DNA of 64,000 nucleotides from Patescibacteria group bacterium (GTDB lineage Bacteria; Patescibacteriota; Minisyncoccia; Phycocordibacterales; UBA918): NCBI GenBank assembly GCA_019752815.1, contig JAIELQ010000005.1, positions 140,816 to 204,815 of the forward strand, read 5' to 3'. Shown piece by piece: positions 28,783 to 38,893 of this stretch (position 1 is its first letter; each line of letters starts with the position of its first letter). The notes under the pieces were generated by a model. It saw only the letters and a program-made list of their open reading frames with translations, ran no database searches and was not told where the DNA came from. The position numbers and the translations under genes were made by a program.

Positions 28783-29814
28783 TTAAAATTGTGCCCAGAT
28801 TTTTTGCTGGTCACTATCAATATGTACGTGGTTGCCGTATGGCATTGGGATTTGTGGATCAGTGTGTCCAAAATTCATGTTCTGAATCACAGGAATTTCT
28901 GGATTGTATTTGCGAATAGTATTTAGAATAGTTTCCTGCTGCATTTTTCTGTACTCTTCCTTTTCAGTCTCAGAGTTTTGCTTATCAAATTCCCAGGCTT
29001 TTGCACGACCCACTAGTACGGCTTTTACTTGAGCAAGGACACCTCTTTCACCGAGTGCTCGTATTACTCGTCGAACATAATCACTCGTAGGTAATTCTTC
29101 TGAAGTTTCTAGCATGAGAATAATGTTTTCAAAATCAGTTAGCGAAGGAATAGGTACTGCGTGACGTAACATTTCATCGACTGATTCTAAACATCCTCCC
29201 CACAAGACACCCTCAGTATTTTTTGTTCCATCCCAAATGTAACCATTATTTGGCCAGTGCGTTCTGTATTGCGCTAATGTTTCAATATTATCCCATCCTA
29301 GACCCTGATCGTTAAAGGTCTCTGAAGGCTTTAGTTGAAACCGACCTTCTTCAAATAGAGCTCGTTTAAGATATTCAATTGTATATGAATCCATTTCTCC
29401 TTGCATGGCAAATTGCGTAAGAATTGAGCCACCGTAATATGAAGGAATACCTTGCAAAAACATAAAATTCGCAAAGTGAGAATTGTCACTATAACCAAAG
29501 AACGGTTTAGGATTATTGACAAATGGTTCAGGAGTTAGGTTTTTAATGTACGTCACTTGGTCATCACCTCCGATGGTGGCGAACACTGCTTTGATAGCAG
29601 GGTCAGAAAATGCTGATACTAGGTCACTTGTTCGTTCTGCTGCCGATGCTCCAATTTTACGAGTCGAGGGATATTCTACTGGAATCAAACCAAAAATATC
29701 TTCCAAACGTTTGAGTCCTAGTTCGTACACCACGGGCCACCTCCCTGCTCCCGCAAAGCTTGGTGATAAAACTGCCACTTTATCTCCGGACTTTAGTTTG
29801 GGTAGTTTTATCAT
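28783..29814 (-). CDS. LD-carboxypeptidase (peptidase S66, MccF/LdcA-like)
   Basis: LKSGDKVAVLSPSFAGA..., ...GYSDNSHFAN... (nucleophile Ser), length about 340 aa. Confidence 0.8.
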   Translation of the reverse strand: MIKLPKLKSGDKVAVLSPSFAGAGRWPVVYELGLKRLEDIFGLIPVEYPSTRKIGASAAERTSDLVSAFSDPAIKAVFATIGGDDQVTYIKNLTPEPFVNNPKPFFGYSDNSHFANFMFLQGIPSYYGGSILTQFAMQGEMDSYTIEYLKRALFEEGRFQLKPSETFNDQGLGWDNIETLAQYRTHWPNNGYIWDGTKNTEGVLWGGCLESVDEMLRHAVPIPSLTDFENIILMLETSEELPTSDYVRRVIRALGERGVLAQVKAVLVGRAKAWEFDKQNSETEKEEYRKMQQETILNTIRKYNPEIPVIQNMNFGHTDPQIPMPYGNHVHIDSDQQKIWAQF

Positions 29815-29823
29815 AAAAGTTGT

Positions 29824-31131
29824 TTAGTATGGAGGCAAATACAACATTGGGTCGAGATATGCTTCTGTTGCAGCTACTGGTGTGGTGGCCGCACCACAAC
29901 TGGTGACGGCTTTGATTTCGTTAAATTTTCGAACGTTTACTCCTTCTTTGGCATAGACTGTAAAGTGGAGGTGTGGGCCGGTAGAGAATCCGGTATTTCC
30001 TACATAACCAATTACTTCACCGGTTGCAACTCGTTGTCCTGGAACCACACTCTGAACACTTTGGTGAGCGTAGAGCGTTGAAAGGCCGTTTGCATGGTCG
30101 ATCAGTGTCCATTTGCCCCATGAGTAACAGCCTGGCACTGCATCGGTATTCCCGGTTGCGCGCACTGTTCCTGCAAGAGGAGCTTTGATTTGCGTGCCAG
30201 TAGGTGCTCCAAAGTCGACACCAGGGTGATATGCTCGACCGCCATAGACGCCCGCATTTCGTTTAGCAAATTCAGTTCCACCAAAGTATTGAGTGATTAC
30301 AACATTCGCCAGCGGCCAGTCAAACACGCGTGAGCCAGCGGTAGGAATGGTATTTGGGTTCAAGATAAACGTTAACTTAGCTTCAAAGTCTCGCATTTCT
30401 TTTACAATTTGTTCGCGGGCAGCTTGTTTTTCCTTCAGAAGTTTTTGGTAGTTAGCTTCTTCGTTTCGAGTTGCTACGAGTAATTCTGAGCGTTCCGCTC
30501 TATTACTCGCTAGTACTGAACTTTGATCACTGTATTGATTTTTAAGGTCGACTAATTCCCCACGACGCTCGGTAGTTTGATCACGCTTATCCTCGAGAGT
30601 GTTTTGGAGTTCAACCAAGTTGGCAACCCGCTCGTTCATACTGTTACGTACGCGATCTAACGTTTGTAAATTGCTCCAGAACTCTGAGAGATGTTCGTTT
30701 TGCAACATTGCTTCAATCATCGTGATTTTATCTGTTTTGTAAATACGACGAATGGTTTCGGCAATCGCTGCTTCATTTTGAGCAATATCTTCCTCAGTGG
30801 CATTGATTTCAAGAATCAATTTATTAATTTCGAGGTCAGTTGAATTAATTTTTTGTTCGGTATACTTAATTTCCGCTACCACTTTTCCACGCTCAAGCTC
30901 GAGGCGGTTGATAGCACTTTGTAAAGTTTTTTTCTCAGCACCTACTTCTTTGAGGGATGATTCAAAGGCGGCGATTTCTTTTTCAATTTCACTTAAGCGA
31001 TTGTTTCGATCACGAATTTCTGTTTGCAGGGCTTCAATATCTACTTGTGCAGCTACATTACTACTACCCCACCAGAGTGCGGGGATAATAACAAGTCCAC
31101 ATATAAATGAAAGAATGACGCGATTGTGCAT
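29824..31131 (-). CDS. M23 family metallopeptidase with an N-terminal coiled coil (EnvC-like)
   Basis: Signal/TM, long coiled-coil region, C-terminal HPGVDFGAP...YAHQS...GNTGFSTGPHLHFTVY (the HxH motif). Confidence 0.85.
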   Translation of the reverse strand: MHNRVILSFICGLVIIPALWWGSSNVAAQVDIEALQTEIRDRNNRLSEIEKEIAAFESSLKEVGAEKKTLQSAINRLELERGKVVAEIKYTEQKINSTDLEINKLILEINATEEDIAQNEAAIAETIRRIYKTDKITMIEAMLQNEHLSEFWSNLQTLDRVRNSMNERVANLVELQNTLEDKRDQTTERRGELVDLKNQYSDQSSVLASNRAERSELLVATRNEEANYQKLLKEKQAAREQIVKEMRDFEAKLTFILNPNTIPTAGSRVFDWPLANVVITQYFGGTEFAKRNAGVYGGRAYHPGVDFGAPTGTQIKAPLAGTVRATGNTDAVPGCYSWGKWTLIDHANGLSTLYAHQSVQSVVPGQRVATGEVIGYVGNTGFSTGPHLHFTVYAKEGVNVRKFNEIKAVTSCGAATTPVAATEAYLDPMLYLPPY

Positions 31132-32600
31132 TACTCCCCTATTTTATCACAAGCACTTTGAATGCGGGCTAGAGTTTCCAACTGTCCAATAGTATAAGCC
31201 AGTGTAAATGGGTCTGGAGACTGTACTTTGCCTGATAGACAGACGCGTAACGGCCATAATAGCTCCCCCTTCCCTACTTCCTCAGCATAAGGCCATAATG
31301 TAGCCTTAATAGTTTCAGACGAGCTAAAATCGGCATTTTTGAGCAATTCTAAGGCTTTTTGCAAGCGTGGTCGAGCTTGTTTGACGTCTGTATCGTTTTT
31401 CCACTTCAGAATATCAGTGTCGTAGGTTGGTGCAGTAAAGGCCCAGTCATATTCACCATGTTCGACTTCAGCTTGAAACTCGGTTAGTGTGTTAATACGT
31501 TCGCGAATGGTTGGTACCAGCCGTGCTAATGTTTCGTTATTGTATTGTGGCGCACTCTTAAATGATGCAGGGATCGCCGGGGTCAAGAATGTTGCAAACT
31601 CTTCAGGTGTCAGTAAGTTCAAGTGTTGGCGATTCATCCAGAGAAGTTTTTCTTCGTTAAAGGCGGCGCCGGCTTTTTGAATTTTAGTAATATCAAAAGC
31701 AGTAATCAGTTCGTCATGACTGAATACTTCTTGTTCTGTTCCAGGGTTCCAACCAGTGAGTGCCAGGAAGTTCATCATCGCTGATGGTAAATATCCATCA
31801 GCACGATAATCAAGAATGTCTTTGGCACCGTCACGTTTGCCAAGTTTTTTAGTGCGGTCATCACGGAGGATTGGTGGGAGTGTGACAAAAACTGGATACG
31901 GAATTTCTAGCGCATCATAAATGCTTAAAAATTTCGGCATACTTGAAATGAATTCGTCTGCCCGCATGATATGAGTAACTCCCATCAAGAGGTCATCGAT
32001 AATGTGGGCAAAATTGTAGGTTGGGTAGCCGTCACTTTTAATCAATACAACGTCATCGAGCATTTCTGGACCAGCCGATAGCTCACCACGGACCACGTCC
32101 TGCCAAACGTACCGTTTGATTTCTGGAACCTTCAGACGAAGCGGTTTGGTACCGTCCCAGGTGCAAAAGGATTCTGGGCGGTGGTCACGAATTAAGAAGG
32201 GGCGCTTTTCAGCAATCGCAGTTTCTTTGAAGGCAGCTACTTCTTCAGGCGTGTAGGGGTCAGGATACGCCAAGCCCTTTTCAATCAGTTTGTGTGCGAA
32301 TTCAATGTATAGTGGGAGACGTTCTGATTGGATGCATGAACCAAATGGTGTTTCCATACCTGGACCATAGTCCCAGGTAATACCAAGCCACCGTAGTGAG
32401 TTTTGAATATGATCAATTGAACCAGGCACTTCTCGTTCTTTGTCGGTGTCTTCAATTCGTAAGATAAAAGTCCCGTTGTTTTTTCGAGCATACAGGTATG
32501 CAAACAAGGCAGTTCGCACTCCTCCAATATGCATAAAACCCGTCGGAGACGGAGCGAAACGTGTCACTACCTTTTTTGTTTCTGAAGAATTATGATCCAT
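31131..32600 (-). CDS. gltX: Glutamate--tRNA ligase. The ORF extends to 32678; the Met at 32600 overlaps the murG stop as ATGGATCATAA.
   Basis: VVTRFAPSPTGFMHIGGVRTALFAY...LRIEDTD (HIGH region), and KLGKRDG (KMSKS-like). Confidence 0.9.
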   Translation of the reverse strand: MDHNSSETKKVVTRFAPSPTGFMHIGGVRTALFAYLYARKNNGTFILRIEDTDKEREVPGSIDHIQNSLRWLGITWDYGPGMETPFGSCIQSERLPLYIEFAHKLIEKGLAYPDPYTPEEVAAFKETAIAEKRPFLIRDHRPESFCTWDGTKPLRLKVPEIKRYVWQDVVRGELSAGPEMLDDVVLIKSDGYPTYNFAHIIDDLLMGVTHIMRADEFISSMPKFLSIYDALEIPYPVFVTLPPILRDDRTKKLGKRDGAKDILDYRADGYLPSAMMNFLALTGWNPGTEQEVFSHDELITAFDITKIQKAGAAFNEEKLLWMNRQHLNLLTPEEFATFLTPAIPASFKSAPQYNNETLARLVPTIRERINTLTEFQAEVEHGEYDWAFTAPTYDTDILKWKNDTDVKQARPRLQKALELLKNADFSSSETIKATLWPYAEEVGKGELLWPLRVCLSGKVQSPDPFTLAYTIGQLETLARIQSACDKIGE

Positions 32601-33702
32601 GTTCGACACCGATAGAAATGAGAGCAGAGGCGATTTGGTTGGCGGCATCTGGTTTAGAAAACGCGCGAGCAGCCGCACTCATGTTCTGGTATTTAGCGGT
32701 ATCGCCCATAATAGACTGAATTTCAGTCGTAAGCAAATTCTCAGTTAAGTTCCCTTCTTCGAGCACGCTCGCTGCCCCACTACGCGCATAGGCATAGGCA
32801 TTGGTGCGCTGATCGTGGCTAATTTCTTCAGGAATTGGGATCACAATAGCCGGTTTACCATGCTGGGCAATTTCAAATAAGGTAGTACTACCTGCACGAG
32901 AAATTACGATAGTGGCTGCATCATATAAAGCAGCAATCGTGCTTGCGGTAATGGTCCCTTTTACATAGTAACGCGATAGCAGAGTCGGATCAGTCACGAG
33001 TGCTTGCGCTGTTTGGACAACTGTTTGTTCGAGCGCTGATCCAGTCTGGTGAAAGATACGGTAATGAGGCAGTAGTCGTGTAAGTGACTTAAGTATGAGG
33101 GCGTTAATCCGATCAGCCCCTAGTGATCCCCCCGTGACAAAAATTAACGGTGCATCATTTGGGATACCTAACTTGGTAAACGGATCGTTATCGATGTTGG
33201 TGATTACTTTGCGAATAGGAATCCCCACCAACGCTGTTTTGTCTGCTGGGAAGTACTGAGCCACTTCTGCGAACGCAATACCAATATAGCGGGCGAAGTT
33301 TTTCGCAAGTAAGCTGGCACGTCCCGGCTTGCTATCTGATTCGTGAATGATTACCGGAATGCGATAAAAACGAGCTGCTAATAATACCGGCACACTGGTG
33401 TATCCACCCTTTGAAAAAATTACATCGGGGTACCAAATAAATAATTGATACAGAGCTACAAACAATCCGGCAATGGTTTTAAAGCTATCGAAAAAGTTTT
33501 GAATAGAGAAATAGCGTCGTACTTTTCCTGCTGGACAGTAGATATGACGAATATTATTAGCTTTGAGTTCTGTATCATTAAAGGACGTGGGCCCAATATA
33601 AATTAGCTCAGCGGTCGCATTGCGAGCCACAATCGCTTCAGCCGTCGCTATAAGCGGATAGAAGTGTCCACCGGTTCCTCCTCCTACAAATGCAATTCTC
33701 AT
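32590..33702 (-). CDS. murG: UDP-N-acetylglucosamine--N-acetylmuramyl-(pentapeptide) pyrophosphoryl-undecaprenol N-acetylglucosamine transferase MurG
   Basis: MRIAFVGGGTGGHFYPLIA N-terminus; GT28 architecture; sits in the mraY-ftsW-murG order. Confidence 0.9.
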   Translation of the reverse strand: MRIAFVGGGTGGHFYPLIATAEAIVARNATAELIYIGPTSFNDTELKANNIRHIYCPAGKVRRYFSIQNFFDSFKTIAGLFVALYQLFIWYPDVIFSKGGYTSVPVLLAARFYRIPVIIHESDSKPGRASLLAKNFARYIGIAFAEVAQYFPADKTALVGIPIRKVITNIDNDPFTKLGIPNDAPLIFVTGGSLGADRINALILKSLTRLLPHYRIFHQTGSALEQTVVQTAQALVTDPTLLSRYYVKGTITASTIAALYDAATIVISRAGSTTLFEIAQHGKPAIVIPIPEEISHDQRTNAYAYARSGAASVLEEGNLTENLLTTEIQSIMGDTAKYQNMSAAARAFSKPDAANQIASALISIGVEHGS

Positions 33703-33732
33703 ACTAAAAATATTCTATCATGTCGCTTGTGT

Positions 33733-34827
33733 CTACTTGCGGTACTTGGACACATTTAAGACTATACCAACCATAGTGAGCGTGGCGAGTAGTGCGGTAC
33801 CACCATGACTAATAAATGGCAGTGGTAATCCCGACAACGGAGCGACACCTAACATTGCACCCATGTTTAAAAATGCTTGTAGCACAATAATGGTCATGAA
33901 CCCGACGACTAGTAGCATTCCGAACATATCGTGCGCTACTGCGGCAATTTTAAAACCACGAAACGTAAATCCTAAAAACAATAGTATCAGTAACACACTA
34001 CCTACAAATCCAAACTCTTCGGCATAGACGGCAAAAATAGAGTCACCGATTGGCTCTGGCAAGTATTCAAATTTTTGAATACTCTGCCCAAATCCCCGAC
34101 CAGTAAACCCGCCTGATCCCACCGCAATCAGTGACTGTTGAATCTGGTACCCAGCCCCCTGAGGATCATCCTCGGGGTGCATAAACGTAGTAAGTCGATC
34201 CATGATGTATGGTCGAGTAAACGCCACGATAGCGAGTAGTACAATGGCTGAGACAACCATAATACCCACATCGCGCCATCGTCCACCGGCAGTAATAAAC
34301 ATCGCCAGTGCCGCCGCCGCCATAATCATAAACGTGTCAGTGTCCGGCTGCATGAGCATGATTGCACCAACAAAACCAACGATGCCGATAAAGGGTAAGG
34401 TCCCAGATTTAAATGAGGTAATGTACTGATTCATTCCTGATAGCCAGGTTGCGACATAAATCACAAAACCAATTTTAAGGATTTCGGCTGGTTGCATAGA
34501 GAAACCAAATACGTTAATCCAGCGCGTCGCTCCACCGTGGGTTGCACCAATACCCGGAATGAACACAGCGAGCGTAATGAGAACTGAAAAAATAAAGATA
34601 TAAAATGCGTACTGTCGTAAATTACGATAGTAAATATTTGATAATAAAAACATCATTGCTCCCCCGCCGACAATACCAAACAGAAATTGGTTAAAAGCCA
34701 CACTCGAGAAACTCGCTCCACTACGAGCTAAAAGCCCAAGCGAGGCTGAGGAAAATATTAAACACCCACTCACCACCAGTACGATAACGAGTCCAAGTAA
34801 AATTGTGTCGACAGATTTGGCTTTCAT
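33733..34827 (-). CDS. ftsW: SEDS family cell-division or elongation protein FtsW/RodA
   Basis: 10-TM profile; conserved ...LPEPIGDSIFAV...; located between mraY and murG. Confidence 0.85.
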   Translation of the reverse strand: MKAKSVDTILLGLVIVLVVSGCLIFSSASLGLLARSGASFSSVAFNQFLFGIVGGGAMMFLLSNIYYRNLRQYAFYIFIFSVLITLAVFIPGIGATHGGATRWINVFGFSMQPAEILKIGFVIYVATWLSGMNQYITSFKSGTLPFIGIVGFVGAIMLMQPDTDTFMIMAAAALAMFITAGGRWRDVGIMVVSAIVLLAIVAFTRPYIMDRLTTFMHPEDDPQGAGYQIQQSLIAVGSGGFTGRGFGQSIQKFEYLPEPIGDSIFAVYAEEFGFVGSVLLILLFLGFTFRGFKIAAVAHDMFGMLLVVGFMTIIVLQAFLNMGAMLGVAPLSGLPLPFISHGGTALLATLTMVGIVLNVSKYRK

Positions 34828-34857
34828 AGGTTCACTTGAGTATACCGCACATCAAAA

Positions 34858-35916
34858 CTACGCAACGGTCGCAATTGCGAGTCCCGCAATGGCACACATG
34901 ATACTGATAACCCAGTATCGCATTACCACTTTTGTTGACGGCCAACCGACGGCTTCAAAATGATGATGGAGCGGTGCTATTCTAAATAGTTTGCGCCCGG
35001 TCATTTTCTTATAAATCACCTGCATCAATACAGATGCGGCCGTAGCCACAAGCGGTAGTCCAATCAAGGGTAGTAACAGAATCCCCTTCCCATCACCTAA
35101 CTCGTCAGTCATAAATACCATAACCGCCAGCGTGAGTGTCAGGGCCATCGATCCGGTTTCTGTCATCCAAAATCGCGCCGGTGGAATGTTAAACCATAAA
35201 AATGCCAAGATGCCTCCGGCAACAGTGGCACAAAAAGCCGCGAGGTCATATTGCGATTGATTAAACGCAATGCCGGCATACGCCAGGAAAATCATCGAGA
35301 ACACTCCCCCGGATAGTCCATCGATACCATCAATGACTCCGCTCGCATACAGAGAAATGGTAGTGAATATAAAAAACGGAATTATCAGCCAACCGATTTC
35401 AACCGAACCATCAAATGGTATTCCTACACTATCAATACCGAGCTTGGCAAAAAACCACCAGCCTATAAATCCAGATAGTGCAGTAATGATTGCAATACGA
35501 ACTGATAAACGCAGCCCCTTTCCGCCATGAATGACATCATAATAGTCATTAAGAAGGCCAACCCCAGCTCCGATCACTAAAGTTGTAAATGGAATCCAGG
35601 TTTCAGAACGACTGATGAAAAATAACTCATCAAATATGCTCGTCGGAAACAGAAGTTTTAGTAAGTAAATAAATCCGATAGTGACCAGTACAGATCCCCA
35701 GATAACAATTCCACCCATGCGTGGAGTTTTTAACTCCCCGTCACCTTTTAGTTTGTTAAACTCAGTCGCTACTTCGCCGTTAAGCGCTACTTTACCACCA
35801 GTTTTTTTCCAGACTTTAAATTTGTAGAGATAGTGCGTTAAAAGCGGCGTTAACAAAATTCCAAATATAAATGCAAGCGTGGCTGGAATCAGAATTGAGA
35901 AAATAGGATATTCCAT
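34858..35916 (-). CDS. mraY: Phospho-N-acetylmuramoyl-pentapeptide transferase MraY
   Basis: Polytopic membrane protein with a ...NDYYDVI.. region and a C-terminal HHHFE motif (APLHHHFE). Confidence 0.9.
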   Translation of the reverse strand: MEYPIFSILIPATLAFIFGILLTPLLTHYLYKFKVWKKTGGKVALNGEVATEFNKLKGDGELKTPRMGGIVIWGSVLVTIGFIYLLKLLFPTSIFDELFFISRSETWIPFTTLVIGAGVGLLNDYYDVIHGGKGLRLSVRIAIITALSGFIGWWFFAKLGIDSVGIPFDGSVEIGWLIIPFFIFTTISLYASGVIDGIDGLSGGVFSMIFLAYAGIAFNQSQYDLAAFCATVAGGILAFLWFNIPPARFWMTETGSMALTLTLAVMVFMTDELGDGKGILLLPLIGLPLVATAASVLMQVIYKKMTGRKLFRIAPLHHHFEAVGWPSTKVVMRYWVISIMCAIAGLAIATVA

Positions 35917-35919
35917 AGG

Positions 35920-36939
35920 TTATTCAGGAGTTTGTAATGAGCTAGTGACCGCATCAACTAATTTTTTGACATCGGTAAACCGTCCATCGTAACTTGAGCC
36001 TAATACTGTCACGATAACCGGCCGATTATATCCAGCATCAAACGCAATCGTGAGGTTACCGCCGGCAATATCGGTATAACCGGTTTTTGAACCAAGTAGA
36101 TTTGGTATTTGGGTCACAATCGGATTGGTGTTCTCGGCAGAATGGTAACTACCCGCTGTGTTGTACACCCGGGTGCTGGTAAACGTGCTTGGTTCCAAAA
36201 TATTTGGATAGTTTTCTAAGATGTATTCCATTAAAAATGTTACCTCACGTGCAGTACCAAATGCGCCGGCTTGCTGTGAGTCGATATCCAATCCGGTTGG
36301 ATTGTAAAATGTGAAGTTGTTGAGCCCTAGTTCTTCGGCGCGAATATTCATGGCGTTCACAAATGTTTGGTTCGGGTTTGAGGTATCAATAACTGCCCCC
36401 ACAGCGTTTGCAAGCGCAAAGGCCGCGTCGTTTGATGACGCGAGCATAGAGTAGTCAGACAGTGCTTGAGCACTAATACGCTCACCCTCGGCGAGTCCAC
36501 TAGCGCCTGATTGTAAAATGGCAGATTGAGGAACAGTAATTTGTTTCTTTTCATCAACTAACTCGTACGCCACGAGCGCGGTCATCAATTTGGTAATGGA
36601 CGCTAGAGGCAATACCTTGTCCGCCCCTTTTACGAATAGTGCCTTTTTGCCTTTGACGTCATATACAAATGCCGCCGTACCTTCGATTGTTATATTGGTA
36701 ATCGGAGTAATTGTCTCTAGTGATGTTTGTGCAGTAACAAGTGATGCGGTTGGTGCGGGATTGTCGCCGGTAGCATTTTTAAGCGCCAACATCTTGGGAA
36801 CGGCACTCGCGGTAAAGATAAGCGCTAACACCAGACCCAAGAGCGCTAATTGGGCGAGCACAGGAAAACGCCGTGTCTCGATGGGAGTTTCGGGTACGAT
36901 GTCTTCGGTTTTAATCATGTAGTCGGTGTCTTCTATCAT
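35920..36939 (-). CDS. D-alanyl-D-alanine carboxypeptidase (peptidase S11, PBP5-like), membrane-anchored
   Basis: SxxK (LASITKLMTA), SxN (SSND), KTG (GSKTGYT) motifs; N-terminal TM. Confidence 0.8.
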   Translation of the reverse strand: MIEDTDYMIKTEDIVPETPIETRRFPVLAQLALLGLVLALIFTASAVPKMLALKNATGDNPAPTASLVTAQTSLETITPITNITIEGTAAFVYDVKGKKALFVKGADKVLPLASITKLMTALVAYELVDEKKQITVPQSAILQSGASGLAEGERISAQALSDYSMLASSNDAAFALANAVGAVIDTSNPNQTFVNAMNIRAEELGLNNFTFYNPTGLDIDSQQAGAFGTAREVTFLMEYILENYPNILEPSTFTSTRVYNTAGSYHSAENTNPIVTQIPNLLGSKTGYTDIAGGNLTIAFDAGYNRPVIVTVLGSSYDGRFTDVKKLVDAVTSSLQTPE

Positions 36940-37472
36940 GGTGTTGTTGTCTGGTGTTCGAATTGTTCCAGCGCATCAGTGATACGAGCAAATTCAGGAA
37001 GATCATTTGTAGACGGTACTCCCAGTTGTGATAACAGTGCCGGTGTGACGGTAAACGTGTAGCCACTGCCTTTCCCGTTTGTGTTACGTTCGATTAATCC
37101 ACGGATTAAGAGGTTGCGTAATATAAACGACGAGTTAACTCCACGGACACGATCAATTTCACTACGTGATACTGGTCCCCGGTACAATACAATAGCGAGC
37201 GTCTCAGCACCAGCTTTTCCAATATCATTTTTAATATCCGCTTTACGGATTTGTTCAATAAATGGAGCCAGTTCAGGCGCGGTCGCGAGACTGATTTCCG
37301 TTTCAGTTTCAACTAAGCGTAGTGCTCCCGTTTGTAAACGCTCAGTTAGGTGTTTAATGGCGACGTGTAAGTCTGCTTCAGACACTGAATACAGCTTCAG
37401 GAGTGAAGCTTTTTTCTGTGGTGCGGACTTATAGAAAAGAAGTCCTTCAATAAGGATATCAAGCGGCATCAC
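36936..37472 (-). CDS. scpB: Segregation and condensation protein B (ScpB)
   Basis: LIEGLLFYKSAP...LVETETEISLATAPEL...ETLAIVLYRGPVSRSEIDRVRGVNSSFILRNL (two winged-helix repeats). Confidence 0.85.
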   Translation of the reverse strand: MMPLDILIEGLLFYKSAPQKKASLLKLYSVSEADLHVAIKHLTERLQTGALRLVETETEISLATAPELAPFIEQIRKADIKNDIGKAGAETLAIVLYRGPVSRSEIDRVRGVNSSFILRNLLIRGLIERNTNGKGSGYTFTVTPALLSQLGVPSTNDLPEFARITDALEQFEHQTTTP

Positions 37473-37559
37473 CCAAATATACCATAAATTAAGCCCTAAA
37501 AACTATATTTTTAGCCACATTATGTTGACAACATCTAATTCCCCAATTCTAATGCTTGA

Positions 37560-38010
37560 CTTTTGTACGTAAGTATGCTACTGTAGTAAATGTCTGAGGC
37601 ACGGTGCCAAAAGATAAAAAGGGAGTTATCTGATGAAGATCAATTTTTCGCCCCAGGGTCATGAGCCCATGAAAAGCAATGTTGAACCTGACATCCTGGG
37701 CGCCGACACCGGCCACAACCCGTCGACCTGATCGGTCTTCGGCCGGCGGACCATGGCGGTCGGCGGAGCGAATTCCTTTTAGGGACTGGCTGCCGCGATA
37801 ACTGCATGGCCTGAACGACCCCGGAGTGACTCCTGCCGATGCACGTGATGTGCTAGGTGCAGGATGTTCACTCCGGGGAACTTGAAACCTCGGCGAAAAA
37901 ATTGGAGACGTCGATGTTCTTGAACGAGCGATGTAGAGGCTAACACCTCGTGCGGTTGCTGAAGACCGAAAGAAAAAAATCAGTAAGGTTAGAATCACCT
38001 GAGCCTAAAA
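37560..38010 (+). ncRNA. GC-rich non-coding island inserted between scpB and scpA; candidate structured RNA of unidentified family. Strand is tentative.
   Basis: About 450 nt, visibly GC-richer than its surroundings, with no credible ORF (the minus-strand 149-aa ORF is a low-complexity R/S/P artefact). Contains hairpins such as GGCAC-G-GTGCC and CCCAGG...CCTGGG. Ends at a strong plus-strand terminator. Confidence 0.3.
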
Positions 38011-38011
38011 G

Positions 38012-38052
38012 TATTTAGCCCCGCGTACTTGTCTATGACAGTCGCGGGGTTC
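38012..38052 (+). terminator. Rho-independent terminator on the plus strand closing the GC-rich island
   Basis: CCCCGCG-TACTTGTCTATGACAGT-CGCGGGG followed by TTCCTTTATTTT. Confidence 0.6.
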
Positions 38053-38125
38053 CTTTATTTTACTTTTAACCTTTCTGTTAACAGAAAGATAATATTTTCC
38101 ATTTTCTCTCTTCAATATTCTATCT

Positions 38126-38869
38126 TCAGTAGTATCTCGGCGTACTTCCCTGCTCTAACTCTATTTCAATATCATCAAATCGCCCCAGTTGGGTTACGAG
38201 TACATTTCCTTGTTTCACTAATTCTAGAATTGCCAAGAAGCCTACAATCACTTCTTTGTGTTCGGTGGCGTCCGCCCGTAATTGCGAGAACTTGGTTTTC
38301 AGTTGTGTTTCAATGCGACGTTGTAAATTGTGCATCATTTCTTCTAGGCTGATGGTTTGTTTGACCTGGACCTTGGGTTTAACTTCTTTTTTAGGTAGGT
38401 TCAGTAACACACTCTCCATCGCCTCACGCAGGGCATCAACAGTACAGTACTCATCGGGAATAAACAGTGCTTCCTTTGGCGGGACAAAGCGTGGACTGTA
38501 GAGTGGTGTTTTGCCAAAAATACTAATCAGGTATTGCCCAGCATCACGGTAAATTTGGTACTGGCGCAATCGGTCCTCGAGATCATCAATCATTACCTCT
38601 TCTTCTTTGGTGAGTTCTAGTACCGGCAGGAGTGACTTTGATTTAATCAATAGTAACGTCGCAGCCAACTGCACAAACTGTGCTGTGTGTGGCAGTGATT
38701 TCTCCTGCATGGCGCTAACCTGTTTAATGTATTCGTCAGTTACAGCTGCGAGTGAGATATCGTTAATGAGAAGCTTACGCTTCTCCACTAATTCTATCAG
38801 CAACTCCAAAGGCCCTTCAAATACATTTGATTTAAAAGAGAACGCAAGTGGCGTGCTGGCAAGAGACAT
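38126..38869 (-). CDS. scpA: Segregation and condensation protein A (ScpA)
   Basis: FEGPLELLIELVEKRKLLINDISLAAVTDEYI; about 247 aa. Confidence 0.85.
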   Translation of the reverse strand: MSLASTPLAFSFKSNVFEGPLELLIELVEKRKLLINDISLAAVTDEYIKQVSAMQEKSLPHTAQFVQLAATLLLIKSKSLLPVLELTKEEEVMIDDLEDRLRQYQIYRDAGQYLISIFGKTPLYSPRFVPPKEALFIPDEYCTVDALREAMESVLLNLPKKEVKPKVQVKQTISLEEMMHNLQRRIETQLKTKFSQLRADATEHKEVIVGFLAILELVKQGNVLVTQLGRFDDIEIELEQGSTPRYY

Positions 38870-38893
38870 GGGTAAATAATAACACGCAGTGTG

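Noticed and set aside
37549-37998. 149-aa minus-strand ORF rich in R/S/P/A
   Set aside because: Low-complexity translation of a GC-rich non-coding island with no start context; treated as a candidate RNA region instead.
37560-38010. RNase P RNA, tmRNA or SRP RNA identity for the GC-rich island
   Set aside because: Hallmark motifs were searched by eye on both strands and not found: P4 GGAAAGTCCGGGC / ACAGAACCCGGCTTA, tmRNA GGTTCGAATCC...CCA tail, SRP GGAAGCAGCC. The identity is left open.
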